From Zygnema circumcarinatum SAG 698-1b (lineage: Eukaryota; Plantae; Zygnematophyceae): DNA of 64,000 nucleotides. The position numbers and the translations under genes were made by a program. The stretch spans positions 2,012,525-2,076,524 of the forward strand of contig CM074816.1 in NCBI GenBank assembly GCA_037447605.1, read 5' to 3'. Below, piece after piece: positions 42,619-56,200 of the stretch (positions are counted from its first letter, which is position 1; each line of letters begins with the position of its first letter). Under the pieces are notes generated by a model. It searched no databases, had not been told where the DNA came from, and saw nothing but the letters and a program-made list of their open reading frames with translations.

Positions 42619-42861
42619 CATGCCATACCATGCCAAGCCATGCCGTGCCGTGCCATGCCGTGCCATGCCATGCCATGCCGTGCCATGCCATGCCATGCCG
42701 TGCCATGCCATGCCATGCCGTGCCATGCCATATTGCCATGCCGTGCCATGCCATATTGCCATGCCGTGCCATGCCATATTGCCATGCCGTGCCATGCCAT
42801 ATTGCCATGCCGTGCCATGCCATATTGCCATGCCGTGCCATGCCATATTGCCATGCCATGC
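42619..42861. repeat. (CATGC/CGTGC)n pentamer satellite with a 23-bp higher-order repeat
   Basis: TATTGCCATGCCGTGCCATGCCA starts at 42731, 42754, 42777, 42800 and 42823, plus a partial copy. Confidence 0.96.
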
Positions 42862-42984
42862 GGTTGCCGTTTCCCATTTCTTCCAGCCCTCCCGCTCCGG
42901 CCTGCTCGTGCGTGTGCTCGGGCGCGGCTGGGCGGGGCGCGACGTTCGTTCCCTTCGGTCGGGCAGGGCGAAGGCCAGGGCGAG

Positions 42985-43015
<31 letters not shown>

Positions 43016-43212
43016 GCGGGCTGCGCTGGCCCGGCGGGCGCAGCGCCCCTGCGTGAGGGCTTGCAGGGAGGGAGGGTGGGGAGGGAGGGTAGGGCCTCTG
43101 CGCAACTTCTTGCACGCGGAGGACAGGATTGGTTCTGTGCTTGCGGAGACGCGAAGAGAGGGAGGCTAGGCCTTGTGGCTGAAAGCAGGCGAGAGGCCGT
43201 AGAGAGTGCGCA

Positions 43213-46200
43213 ATGGCGCCGAGAGAACATTATGGAGCGCTAGGAGGGATACCCTTGGGAGGGCTGACAACCAAGGGAGCAGAGTTGAGGGCCAAGCGAC
43301 CGCCGCCAAAGGTATTGAAAGTGTTACTGGACTGGTTCCTTGCTGTGGTCCAAGCGGTGTCGCCACCTGGCGCTCGCTCCCAGCAACAAGGGATTGTTCC
43401 TGTGTTCTGCACAAAAAATAGTTTGTTTGGTAAAGACTCGGTATCCAGTTTGACACGGGCAAGAATTTGTGCGCTTTTGGAGGATGTGACCATTCTGTTG
43501 ACCGGTTTATCCTGCGCGGCTGTTCTCTAATTTTGAAAGGTTCGTGATTTCATCCTTTTGCCGAATAACTTGTGCGGTGCAGGTCATTGTGAAGACAAAG
43601 GAGGTGTTGACGAAACAGGCCAATGAGATTGCGAAGAAGGCTACTGAGCATGAGCATTTTATCAACAAAGTGAGTAACCATTGTCTTTACGCATTTACTG
43701 AGACTGAAGTTTAGCGGGGTCTTGTTGCTTCAGCGGCAATCGGCAAAATATTGTGAAAACAACGTTGTAAGTTTCGGAGGCTGGCAAGAGCGAGTAGTCA
43801 ATAAGGAATTGTTCGTTTGGCTGGTCAGCATGCACTTTAGGCAATTACTGTTGCACCGTTATGATCATGTTATTTCGCTTGCCGACGCGTTTGCTGAAGG
43901 TGTTTGGCTTACTAGTGTTTAGACCCAACGAAGGATGTGAAACCACATGCCTGGAAAAATAAAGTTAGAGGGGGGAAAGGGGGAGGTGTGCGGGAGGGAG
44001 TGGGAGTGATGAAGAGAAAGGAAAAAAAAGTTGGAGGATGGAAAGAAGGTATAAACGAGAGTTCACAGTCGATGCTTGTCTATCCTGCTCAAAAGCCTTG
44101 TCGAAAATCTGTCGGAAAGTGTAGAAGACCCAAGAACTTGGGCATCGTTCTTAATCCACCTTTTAGGAAGGCCGGTCCTTCAACAAAACTCAGTTAACTT
44201 TCAGATAGGTGTTGCAGAATTGAGCTTTGAGCTACTGCTTACTGCCGAATGCTTATAGTGAATAACTGCAAATTCATATCAATAGTCTTTTGGATGAAAG
44301 GACCTGTCATTCGTGGATTTGGTTAAAACCATAGATTTAGTCACTCCTACCAAGGCATACCTTTATGCCTTTCCATATCTGGCTAACTGCTTACCTGAGT
44401 AATCGTGTGTATGAGTCCGTGTGGTGTGAGAGTACTTTGTGCACCTGGCAATGGAATAGCTCAGTAACAAGTAGTCGTGACAATGTGAGACGGCGTTGTT
44501 AGCGCGTCTTGTCGGTTCATAACTGTAATGAGCTTAAAAGGGGCAAAAGCACCATGGCTATCAAAGGGAAGGTTGGTGCATTGAAAGTGAACGGTTATTT
44601 GCTGCAGATACTAGCCCAACTAACAGCGAGATATAGCTTGTTGTACGCTTTGCAACCGCATAGACTAGAGCACTTTCCCGCAACTCTCAGGAGGGCAGTT
44701 GCTTTGGCAGCTTCGTGAACGCAAAGTGCGCTTGCCCCGGAATTTTGTGATGTGCAGGTGACATATTGTATTGGAGTTGTGGCATTTGGCCTATTTTGCT
44801 ATCTTCTTGGATCAAGTATGACCGTCACGTGGCTTTTCCCGTCTAGCTTGTCACGGCATATTCATTTTTTCTGAAGATGACACAGAGCTGGTCATGGCCA
44901 ACGGGTCGTCTGAATGAGTTACGGGATCAGTTATGTTTCAAGCGAATAAGTTGCAAAAATTTGTACATTGCCTCGATTTCCATTCGATGTCTTCCCCCAA
45001 CTGCGAAAATGTCATTCTATGTTGGTGGATTTGCCCAGGGATGTACCGTTGCTGCCAACTCTCTATTTGATTTTCAGAGCATCTTGATGATCTGCTGGTC
45101 TAGCTGTATTGGATTAAAATGAGCCCAGTTTCGTAATACTACTGTCGACACTCAGTTGCGTCTCTAATCAGGAATGCGAGGAACTGATCTGATCTGATCT
45201 GGTCTGATCCGATCTGATCTTTTAAGCAGTAGGTCAGATCTTTTGTTCTCTATGAAGATGTTCCCAATCATTCTTTCGTCCGCATGCGGAAGGAATTTGA
45301 GCATTTGTTGCTTAACAATGAATGGCCGATTCAAAAAGTTATACTTCATTCTTATGGTAAATGTGCTTCCGGTTTATTTGCTTATCGTTCTTCCAATTGT
45401 TCGTTATATTAAGAAATCGAATGTTTGTCTTCTTGCAGGACCTCAAGATATCCCATACCTGTACTGTGCGTTTTTTCTGACAGCGGCGCCACTAAGATGG
45501 ATCTATTATCGGAGCAAAAAGTGGCACTATTTTCTGCTTGTACGATCCTCAGTCCTCCGAAGGCTGGGGTCCCTAAAGCGTCTTTAGGTGTCCCACTGTT
45601 GAATAGGGCTATGGTAGGGCTATTTCTACTTAGCTTGAACGAGAAGAAAACCAGCAGCCTGGTCATTTGTTAAATGAAGCTGACCTTACCCTGGAGCCAG
45701 TTTTCCCACGAAACCAGAGATCTTGCTGAAGGAAGGAATGCCAATTGTTTGTGGTTGAACGCTAGGTCAAATTGGAATGTCGAGATGGGTCTAAGGAAAG
45801 CTCTTCTCTCAATCGAGTCCAGTGTTCGTAGTGCGCATATCACGCGTGTACCCTTAACAATGACTATTTTCTTGGCCCATTCAGGACTTCTGTTACTACG
45901 CAAATATGATCTTCACGACTCACCTTCTATTTTGGCCAAGGTGTGAGAGGTTGTTCCTCCTGTGCTTCGCTTTTGCCGAGGTGGGTTCTTGTTACCTCTC
46001 ATTCAGTCCCTTCTGTACTGAAGAGCGGCATGTAACGTATAACAGTAATATGGACAAGTTATGGAAAGGACATATATTTGCGCTCATTTGACATATTGTT
46101 TCGATAGTCTGCCCTTCCAGTGCATTCGTTGAACTCAAAGACTGTTCATGATGACGGCCACTCCTTCTGGAGGGTTTGTGTCCGTGTTATAAGCCCTCGC

Positions 46201-48958
46201 TCGGTGCTGTTGTCACGGAGTGGCTCAAAAGACGGAGTGGGGTTTTGTCGGAGCTTTCTGCTGCAGGGACCTCTGGCATGGGCCCTCATCGTGTGGCGGT
46301 GCAGCTTGGTCTTTAGCTCCATCGACAAGATTGTCAGCGTGCTTATCCACTTACTGCCAGGTGCAGCACTCTCCTCATTCTTCGGCCAAGTCAAGCTGAT
46401 TTAGCTTCGACTCCTGGTTTGGTCGGATGCATTGACTTTCTGGAAAGTGTGTTGGCGTTTTGTATGAAATAAGTATTTAGATATGACACACAATATTATT
46501 CAATAAAACGCTTCCTATTAATGTTTACAAACAAGTAGTGTTACAAATACGATTTATAACCTAAATTTATGATAGCACATTTTTTTGCAATTGAGCTACA
46601 ACTTCATATAGTATTTGTCTTCTTTAGAAATATCTTCTACTGGAGATGAAGAAGAAGCTTAGTCGGCTTCGGTAAGAAGGCGTCTTTCGTTCGTTTTCGT
46701 TCTCTCGTCTACGAATTCTAGAGTCACCCAGCTGAAGGCTGCTCTTGATCATCACGTTTGTGAGCGAGTATCCATATTGAAGCGGGGGGTTCTATTCCGC
46801 AAGGTGGCGTCTTGAACATTTGAATAGGTCACTGCGTGTGGACCCTTTTATGTGTTTGGTTCATTATTTTGTGGTTGAATTTTCTATGTGCCTTCCTCCT
46901 TCCCTGTTCGCCTGCAGTACTTACCAATCGCAAGAGTCTGTTCTTATTGTTCCTCGACTCTTGGTAGCTGCATTTCAGGCACCGTGTTTTTTATCATACG
47001 CTGGTGGGACCCCTCCACTTTCTCCCACCACGCGCAGGACGACACCGGCCCTTGGCCTGCGTGGCCCCTGATCGAGCCGGGACAGGAGCTGTGGATGTGG
47101 ATGTTCGTTGTGCCGCTAGCCGTCTACAGCCTCTGGCAGATGCTCTACTGGATCATAGTGGACGGCCTCAGGAAGCAGCGGCTGCTGAATGACCCGGAGG
47201 TAGGGCTGTGCGTGTTGCGCTTCGCCAGGTAGTTTTGGACACAGTCCTGATGCCATACGCGCGCGTTTTTCGTGTTGGTGTTTGCATTCATCTGGTTGAC
47301 ACCTAGTTGTACCCACCACTAGTTCGTAACCGCTAGTACATGAAGATATTGGGTACCTGAGGTCGATGTGTCTGTAACTGCTTATGTGAATGGAGAAAAT
47401 CGTAGCTTAGATATCATGATTAGGTAATCATCAAACATTAAACATTAGGTAAAGTGATAAACATTAGGTGTGCCAAAAGGTGACGTAGATGTTGTCGGAG
47501 AGTGTTTGAACCTGTGTGTGCAAGAATGGCTGCCTTAAGCTTGGGCAGCGCTACTCTCGGAGTGCAGGTCCTGACCTCGTATCGCGAGCTCTCCCGCAAA
47601 GCCGCGCGCGCCGACAACGTGTGGTGGCGCGTGAGCGGCGCTCTGGGCGAGCGCCGCCGCGTGACCATGTACGCCGTGCTGCAGGCCGTCTTCACGGTGG
47701 GGCGTGCAGCCTGCCTGCAACATGCCCTGCCTCGCTTCACTAAGAGCTGAACTGATATCTAAGCTACGATTTTGACCTTGATCTGAGCGGAATCATCTGA
47801 TTTGCCTTTGTAACAGTCGGCAACTTTTTTGCGCTTTTGGATGGGGTTATTTTCTTCTTAATTCCTGTATGCCTCACCACAGTCGTCAATGTATTCAGCA
47901 GAGTTGAAAGCGGGGGTGATATTGAGTACGTTATTGATATCCGTCAGTGCGCTGTTGTCAAGTGCAGGTGGCCACAATGGCACTGACTGTGCCAATGTTC
48001 TTGTCTTATCGCCTCCACGGGTTCTTTCAACTCTTCAAAATTGCAGCGTCTATTTGGAATGGTACGTTTTTTTATTTTCATTTTTCCATTTTCTGACTGA
48101 GTAGGGCCTAAGCGATTTGGACTTGAGCTGATGTCGGTGAATGGCGGCATGCTAGGTTCATAAAAGGCACTTATAAGCTCCATAACCCCCTTTCGTGACC
48201 TTTTAGGGTTCCTCCGTTCAAGACTAGCGCTTATGCCTGGGGTCATGCCCAATGTCTGCTGCGATGTCAGATCAAAAACAGTCGCATTGCCTATCCATCC
48301 ACCTGTCATTTTGTAGATCACAACGTCAAGTGAGTTTCTCTGACGGGGTATGCACTTCCCTTGTACAGGAGGAAACTTCTTTTTCGATGTGATGCCACGC
48401 CAAGTTCACGCAAAAGCTGAGAAGAAAAAGGCGGCAATGGAGGTCGTGACGATGCAGGAGGGGTTGAGAAGACCCCCTGAAACCCCTTCAGCAGGAATTT
48501 CTCCCCTACTCCTGGCACAAGGGGCTTCAGAACCGCCCGAACCACGTAGGGTGTCCATGTCCAGGCAGGCTGCGGAGGAAGGCCGGACGTTGTGTGCGTC
48601 CTGCCGCAGAGCAAGCTTGAATAACTTGGGTGAGTTGGGGAGCAGCAGCCCAACTCGTCTCGTGGAGAATAGGAGCAAGAGTTTGGGCGCATCGCCAGAA
48701 GGTTACGGAGAAGTCTTCCACGAATTCAATGATTCGCATGCGGACGAAGAGATTTGGGAAGACCCAGAAGAGGTTGCGGAGGATGCTGAAGCGGAAAGGC
48801 TGACGGCCGACGAGGTCTCCACGAAAAGCGAAGATGCAGTGGACAAGCGCGCGGGTGCAGTGGATGACAGCACCCACAGTTTTCGGAGTAATGGAGGCGT
48901 TTTGGGGAGCTTTTTGAGGAGAAAAGGATGCAGTGGGCAGGTTCGGGCGGCGGAATAA
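43213..48958 (+). CDS. GPCAT: Glycerophosphocholine acyltransferase (DUF2838 family); multi-exon
   Basis: EHEHFINK|[19 protein letters not shown]|[10 protein letters not shown]...[17 protein letters not shown]|DFCYYAN...FAFAE|[31 protein letters not shown]...DPE|[12 protein letters not shown]...|VATMALTVP...IWN|[12 protein letters not shown] is colinear with plant GPCAT/yeast Gpc1 homologues. First exon (43213-43311) is less certain. Confidence 0.93.
47396..47773. repeat. Perfect 21-bp inverted repeat flanking GPCAT exon 47568-47696
   Basis: AAAATCGTAGCTTAGATATCA (47396-47416) and TGATATCTAAGCTACGATTTT (47753-47773) are exact reverse complements. Confidence 0.95.
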
Positions 48959-50092
48959 TAGGCGGGACAGGAGGGGGCGGGGCAAACGAGCTGGTAGAAA
49001 GATGAAAGGACGGGGTGTCCTGCTTTATTCTTCATATGGCCGAGGCATCTTTTGACTTCACCTGCTGACCTTTTGGAATCGCCCAGGAAAGAGACCGGAG
49101 CTGCCGTTTAATGAGTGAATCGCTCATAGAACTGCTTAAAGAGCTGCTTCGGACGAGTAGGGAAGGCCGAGCTACCGGTCCTCCAAGTGGGGAGAGCTGC
49201 CACTGGCGAACCTATTTAACTCCAAAGTTAGCAAGAGAGGATGGGCAGCAGTTTCTTGCTCTCTTTGCCGCGGCCTGAACCCTTTTTAGCTGCGTCGGTG
49301 GATGTGGGCGTGAACTGGATGTGCGTCTCGGCCAGCGCTGTCAAAGGTGAAGAATGCAGAGGCTCCAGAAGTCGATCTTCTACTTGCGATGCATTTTGTA
49401 ATAGTCCATTTTCTTCAAGCAAGCACTCGCTGCTAGTCACATACAGACACACACCCAATGAAAGAATCAATTAAAAAACATTTCTTCCCCATCAGACTAC
49501 GCCGGCTGCAGAGCGGCACAGCCCTGCGCGTAATGCTTGGGACGCGTGGTACAAGGAGATGTTTGCGATGCAGCTGTTTTATAGAGTGAAGTGTGCGAGA
49601 AGGTTCAGGAGACTCGACTTCGAAAAGTCGAAGAGTACCTTGCAAGGTTGTCAACAGGACGTTGCCATCTTGTGGTATTTCTGCTCTCAGATTGCATTCC
49701 GATAATTGCGTCTGCTCAGCTGGAGCACACTTCAAACTCCACTCTAAGCCACAGTTGGCGGTCGACCTTGCCAAAGTGAAAATCTGTAATTTATTTTTTC
49801 TCAACCTGTTCGGTTTTACGGTACAGTATTCAAAACCTTCTTTAAGGATGTGCGTGCAAACGGCGCTGCGGCCCCTGCGCCTTCCCTCGCTCGCCCCGCG
49901 ATCGGCGGCCGCGAGCGACCGCAAACTGAAGGGGGCCGCCCGGCCTGCCTCCGAGGGGGGACGGACGGGCGGACCCGACTGAAGCCGAGGCCTGTCTGTC
50001 CGTCCGTCCGTCCGTCCGTCCGTCCGTCCGTCGCTGAGGGCGACGACGCGCAGCGCAGGAAGCGCGCTGCTCTCTCCGCACGTGCGGCAGCC

Positions 50093-52532
50093 ATGGCTCT
50101 GCAGGCAGCGACCGGCGCTGGAGTGAAGGCTGTCCAGCCGCTCGCCCGCAGTCATAGCCGACGGCACCCTGTTAGGGTTTCTGGTGAGCAACTACACGCG
50201 CTTCGGTTTTCCTTGCAAAACAAGGATCATGATTTCCCGATGCCTAGTAAGAGAAGCTGGTTGCAGATGTTATGGGTCCATTAGAAATAAGCTTCACCTG
50301 CGCGCAGATTTAAAGCAGTTGTAAGTTGTTTGCAAAATTGAAACATGGATATCACGTAACGGCTGCCGTCCTTTGGTCGTTCAACTTCCTTCAAACGGTT
50401 TAAACAACTAAGCGCCTTAAACAACTAAACCGCATCCATTCATCGATCATGCATGCGATGAATGCGTCTTCCATTGAAATTTTAGTTATGTATCCTGGCA
50501 GCCCTTTTTCATTTTCTGAATGACAACTACAATAGTAATGCAGTTGTTTGCACTCTCGTGCTCTTATGACGAAGAGAAGTAGAGTTGGATAGGCCCACTT
50601 CCTTCCATCATTGTTTTTATGATGGAAAAACTCGGAATCTAATGGTACATTTGGAGGCCTGGTAATTGTTGCCCTTGGAGGTGCCAGCTCATGTCCATGA
50701 CTTTGGGAAATGAAGCTGCTCATACATGCTCATTGGTTTAACCTTTTCATTTCATCCTTTCGTTGCTGAAAAGCACACTTGAGATTCTCGTCGATATCTT
50801 CGCTGAATGTGGTAAATTTCTTGCTGTAAATATGGATGGGTCATTGCAGCACCTGTTCAGCAAGTAAGGTCCACCTTCGCAAGGTCTTGCAAATGGCAGC
50901 GGTTTTGTGTCCGAGCTGCACTTGTTGAAGAAGTGCTACCTACAGTTCCAATTGAACGGTCACCGGCAGCAGCAGCGGAAGGTATATCGCGTCAAGCGTC
51001 CTATCTATGCTTTTGACTTTAGCCCTTCTAGCTTAAGTTTTATATGCACAGCGAGTTTCGATCACGAATTCGTAGCATTTTAAACCTGAAGGGAGTAGGG
51101 GAAAAATGTGCTCTATGCCTTGCAAGGTGGCATCTAAAAGTCTTACAGTCAGAAAGACTCATTCTGAATGTTGAGTTCTTTCCTGGACGGCTATTTTCAG
51201 CCATCGGATTTGGAGGTCTGCATCATGTTGGCCTGTTGTGCGCTAATACGCAACAGTCACTTGATTTCTACATCGGTGTTCTTGGTGAGCTGCCAATGTT
51301 TACCTTGGCCCTTGTGCGTCTTCTGTTTAAGTATGCAGAGAGCTATCTCTAGCACGTGTGGAGGTTTTAGGGTTGAGGAATGCTTTTGAAGATACCTTAA
51401 CATCTGCCTTTGTTTCATGGTGCTGTTTCGATATCTTGACTTTTGCTTCTGTTTCCTTTTTTTCCAACCTTCAAGGACAGGAATGGAACTGTTAACTGCA
51501 TGACCTCGTAGTCTAGGTTGCTAGGGTAGTCTGGATGTGGAGAGATGCTTTAGGTGGTCTAGTTTAGGGCTTCCAGCAGAAAATCTTTTTTTTTCTGCTA
51601 ACGTATCGTTACGTCTCGTAACTTATTACACTTGACTGAAGTATAAGGCTGCCTGGGTGTCGGGAAATGGCACACAACTGTGAAATTGCTTGCCCTGAAA
51701 GCACATGGATGTTCTCATGGCCCTATCAAAACCATCATGCGACATGCTTTGATTTTTTTTTTGTAATTTTCCGAACAATGGATGCGGAGTTGGTGATAGG
51801 CCTGCAGGTGAATGAAGATCGCGTGAACGCGAAGCTTCCTTACAATGGAGCATGGCTTTGGGTGGGCGAACAAATGATTCACCTCATGGAGCTCCCAAAT
51901 CCAGACCCCGTCGTCGGCCGACCTGCCCATGGTGGCCGAGATCGCCATGCGTGCTTCACCATTAAAAGTGTGGAGGCCCTTCGGAAGACTTTGGATAAAG
52001 CAGGTACCCGCAAACTCTGCCCTGGGAAGACCTCAATTTGCAGACCGTGCGAAGCTGAACTTGTGGGGGGGGAACAGCTGCTAATTCGCATGTGATCATC
52101 AGTCCCACTGCCCTCTTCTTTGCGTTTCCAAAATGATTGACAGGACTCTGGTCTTCCTTTTAACGCATTTATGAGTTTTGCCATCGATATCGCGGGGATA
52201 GATGAGAAGTCGAGGATTAGAGCGCTGTGAGCGGTGCGACGATTTGTAATGAGGAGGTTCAAGATATTTTTGCTTTGACTCATCACATAGTCCGTCTAGG
52301 AGGAGAGGCGAGCCCTCCTGTCAGATTTCAGAGGTCCCATCTCAAGCAGGCAACTGTTTGGCCAAGGGCCGATGTGTTCATTCAAATGGCATGTCCTGTC
52401 TTGTCAGAGCCTTAACAACCCCCTGGGCTGCCTGCAGGGATGGCGTACACCATGAGTAAGTCGGGGCGCCCCGCGCTGTTCACTCGTGACCCGGATGGCA
52501 ACGCCTTGGAGTTCCAAGAGATTCGCACGTGA
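50093..52532 (+). CDS. Plastid-targeted glyoxalase-I-like VOC-family protein (At2g32090-like); five exons
   Basis: Transit-peptide-like N-terminus; LHHVGLLCANTQQSLDFYIGVLG|LQVNEDR...KLPYNGAWLWVGEQMIHLMELPNPDPVVGRPAHGGRDRHACF...DKAG|MAYTMSKSGRPALFTRDPDGNALEF. Confidence 0.92.
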
Positions 52533-53283
52533 CGCAAGGGAACGGAGCATCCGTGTAAATTGGGTTGTAACAGCCAGTGACGCGTACACGAACGCGGATG
52601 CTGCTGCCATGTCAGGGGAGTTTCTATGGAGTAGGCGGTCTCTCTTATCATCTGTCATGCATAAGAAGCGCTTTGTACATAAGACACGCGATACAGATGC
52701 CACATCTGATTAGAAGAAACGTATTTTACCCAGCCATGTAACTTTAGACCTTGTCGCTGCACTGGATAAAGACTCACGCCTGGGCACGCTCCTTTGTATT
52801 GCATTGCTTGCTACGAGGGAGTATGAGAGGGGGCGTGGACCTCAGCAAAATGAAAATTTCTTCTTTTCGGAAGTGCTTCTTAATTTTGCAGCTGCTCATC
52901 TCAGAACTGCCAAATCCAAACGTAATCCCCCCTCGAGCTATGGAGCGGAAGCCGTAACGCTTCACCGACTCCATTGGAAGAAACGGCTTCTGACTTTACC
53001 ATGTTGAGGGTTGGCTCTAGCAGACGCTGCTGCGAACAGAACAAATATTTCAACTTGTTTGCCACCGACTTTCTTTGCGCAGCACGAGCCTGCTATGCTG
53101 AGCTCAAATAACATGCTCCCCTCCAACCAGTCTCGAGAATTGAACGTCGTCAGCCCCCAGGCATCGCTCCCTACTTCTTCAACTCAATCTCTCAGCGATC
53201 GCGTTGCTGATGGTTCTCAACTGCCGCGCAGGAGCTTCCCCGACTCAAATCTTCTCTTTCCTTACACACACGTCCGGCATCCT

Positions 53284-56200
53284 CTATCGGTCTTCCTCCT
53301 GCATTGAGACCGTTAAGGCTGCATTGTCTTCTTTCCTCTCCTTTTCGCCCTCGTCCAGAAATATCCCCTCTCTGCTGCCTTCCCCCTCCACTCTGCTGCC
53401 GTCCCCTCCTCCACCTGTCCCTATATCCTCCGCGTCAGACACGAGGAGCAACCGACCCCCCACACTGACAAGGCGCAGCGCCCCGGCGAGTTGAACCTGC
53501 TGCTGCTGCGCTCGGAGGTGCTCCAAAACCTGCCGCTGCAGCCGGGCCTGCTGCTGCTGCTGCTGCCTCTTCGCGCTGACGGGGTCCGCCACTGCGTGCA
53601 CGCCCAGCTGCTGCCAGAAGCTCAGAGCCGGACAAGCTCCCTGCGGATAAGGGGCCACCCCCCTCAGGCTCAGAAATTAGCTCCTTTGAGTATGTAGATC
53701 TGAAGATCTGTTCCTTTTGTGGAGAAACCATAACGTTCCGTTGCAACGCTTGAGCAACTATGGGAGCTCTTGCTTCCAGGGCAATGACAACAATACGACA
53801 ATTCGAGACTCGGACGGCAAGGCAAATCACTGCCTTAGTCATGTTCTTGGTTGAACTACAACTAGTGCCCTACAAATGGTATGGTTATCCAGGTGTGCAA
53901 AGCAGCGAAGGAGTGTGTGGGGTACTATCTAAAGGGAAGGGCATGAACTAACGGAAGCAAGCGTGAGAGTGCTGCCCTTTCCTCTTTACTAACTTGAACA
54001 AATATTTACAGCACAGGAACGTTCCCTCATCCACACCAATGCAATATTGAGTGAACCCTGGAGTGGCGTTCAACCACACAGCTGGAACGTATTTGGCCTT
54101 CCTCTGCTGCAAAGAATTTTCATGGATTGAGAGATTTGTTACGAGAGGACAGAAGGTTTTTCGCATACATCCCGAGCGAGCTCCCAACCTCACCTTCAAA
54201 CTGCTCAACGCATCATCATCCTCAGCTTCCTTGTCATCCATTTTTTCTCTTTCCTGCGTCAATTTCTCCCACTGTCTCTTCACATCTTCAGTACTCTCAA
54301 CAGTCTGCAGTCCTGCTCCCTCTACGCCTTCTGTCTTCCCAACAGGTAGTAAAAAATGTTCCACGCTATGCTTCCTTTCTTCACCAACTGTTCGCCCTTG
54401 AGAAGGAGAAAGCTTTTCATAAAGTTTATTTAAATTGCGCCTCTCTTCGCCTTCTGATTGTGCCGCTCTTTCCCCGGTCACTACCTGCATGCTATTCTCA
54501 CTCTCGGCGCTTTTGCCTATCTCACGGTTCCCCTCTTCCACACCCAATGCTTCGCCCATAATCTGCACATCCATGCAACCGTCCTTCCCCTCGGTCAGTC
54601 TCTCTACCTCCCCATCTACTCCACCTTCTGCCGTCCCCGCTTTTTGCTCAGTGCCGGTCACTTCCTCGAGCTCCTCACCTCTCGCCACTGTCCTTGAGCC
54701 TACAGGGATGACAAGCTCGTCTACTCCCTCCCTAAGCTGTCTGCCCTTTTCCGTCCGCCTAAGCTCTTCTCCTTTTCCACTGCTCCCACTTCCACTACCT
54801 TTCCCCTCACCACCGCTTGTCTCCTCACCCTTTGTCTCTACCTCTTCCGGCATTTCCTCCCCTTTCTTGCCAGAATTTCGGCCCCTTCCCTTCCTGTCAG
54901 TCTGTTCGCAAAAGCTTCCGGGATAGGAGCACCGGTCAGAATGAAGAGAGATCTGAGGAGTCATTGGAAAGAGGTGCCCCTCCGTGCTGAACACGTACCT
55001 GCAATAGGAAAGGCAAGTCATTCATTTATGTCCGATATGTCTATTCCCGAATGGAAATTCCTTTCAAGGCAAACCCCTCTCTCCCAGTAGTCAGGATCAG
55101 GACACAGGGTGCATTTGGACGCACTCGTAAGGGCCGTTTTCCACAAGATTGTCGCCTCCGACTGCTAGATCGAATAGCAGATAAAGGTATTTCACCTGCA
55201 TTTCAAATCACTCCCTTGTTCAGGAAATGTTTCACGAAAGACTTTTCTAAGAGGTACCTGAACTAGATCCTGCAATCGCTTGCAACAGATTGCAGCAGCT
55301 AGATGACGGCAGATTTTGACATACACCAATAAACCTACTCTCATTCAAAAGCTCGTCCAGCCTGATGTTCATATCTGAGTGGAACCTGTCAAAGTGATAA
55401 AGCTACAGTAGAGAGTGGGGAGAGGAATTCAACAAGAGCGATATGTACATTTGCAGAGGAGTTCTTTTGAGCATTGAGGAATTACCGTCTCGGAAAGAAA
55501 GAAACTCTCCATGTGGTCCTCCAGCTGATGTGTCTCCACATCCGCCACGTGGCAGTACCCGCACTTGCATCGTGTCAGGCTCAGACTGGCCACCATGTCA
55601 CGTCCCACTGACAGATACCTGCAGCCCTCACACGCTGCGTGTCATGCTCCGTCGGCCTCCCTCCCGTTCGGAGCCAATCAGCGTGCGGCAAGCGCTCACC
55701 ACGGGTCGCGCGTTGCGCGGTACAGCCAGTACGTGCTCTCCGCCAGCTCCGGCCGCAGAGGGTACGCGCGCTGGCCCGCCTGCAACCTCGTCTCGTTCAA
55801 ATCACCGTCCAACTAGACACGAATTCAGCTTCAGACTCGCGAGGAGTTTTCAGAAGACCTTCAAAGCTGGCTGGAATGTCTACCTGGATGGATGAGCTGG
55901 CCAGATTGAAGCCTTCTGGAGTGAACCCAAAGCGGCTCCACACACTAAAGAATGCACGATGAGTCTTGATTGCACGGTCAATATCTCCTAGGAGAACCTG
56001 GCTGAAAGCCCCACTTTTCCATTACCAACAGTTTTCCTTTACGTTGGCGAAACTTGCAAATAGCTCACGCCTTCGAAAGAAACTCATTCACGGCAAACAT
56101 TTCGCTCTGGGAAAGCGCAGTCTCCGTAGAGAGGCCAGAAGACCATCGTACTGAATGCCATGAAGCTACTGCATAGAAACGGACCTGTAACCCGGGCCAA

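Noticed and set aside
42440-43230. ORFs with MAWHG repeats and a regular 23-bp period suggestive of a CRISPR-like array
   Set aside because: Head-to-tail repeats with no spacers, no cas genes and a eukaryotic context.
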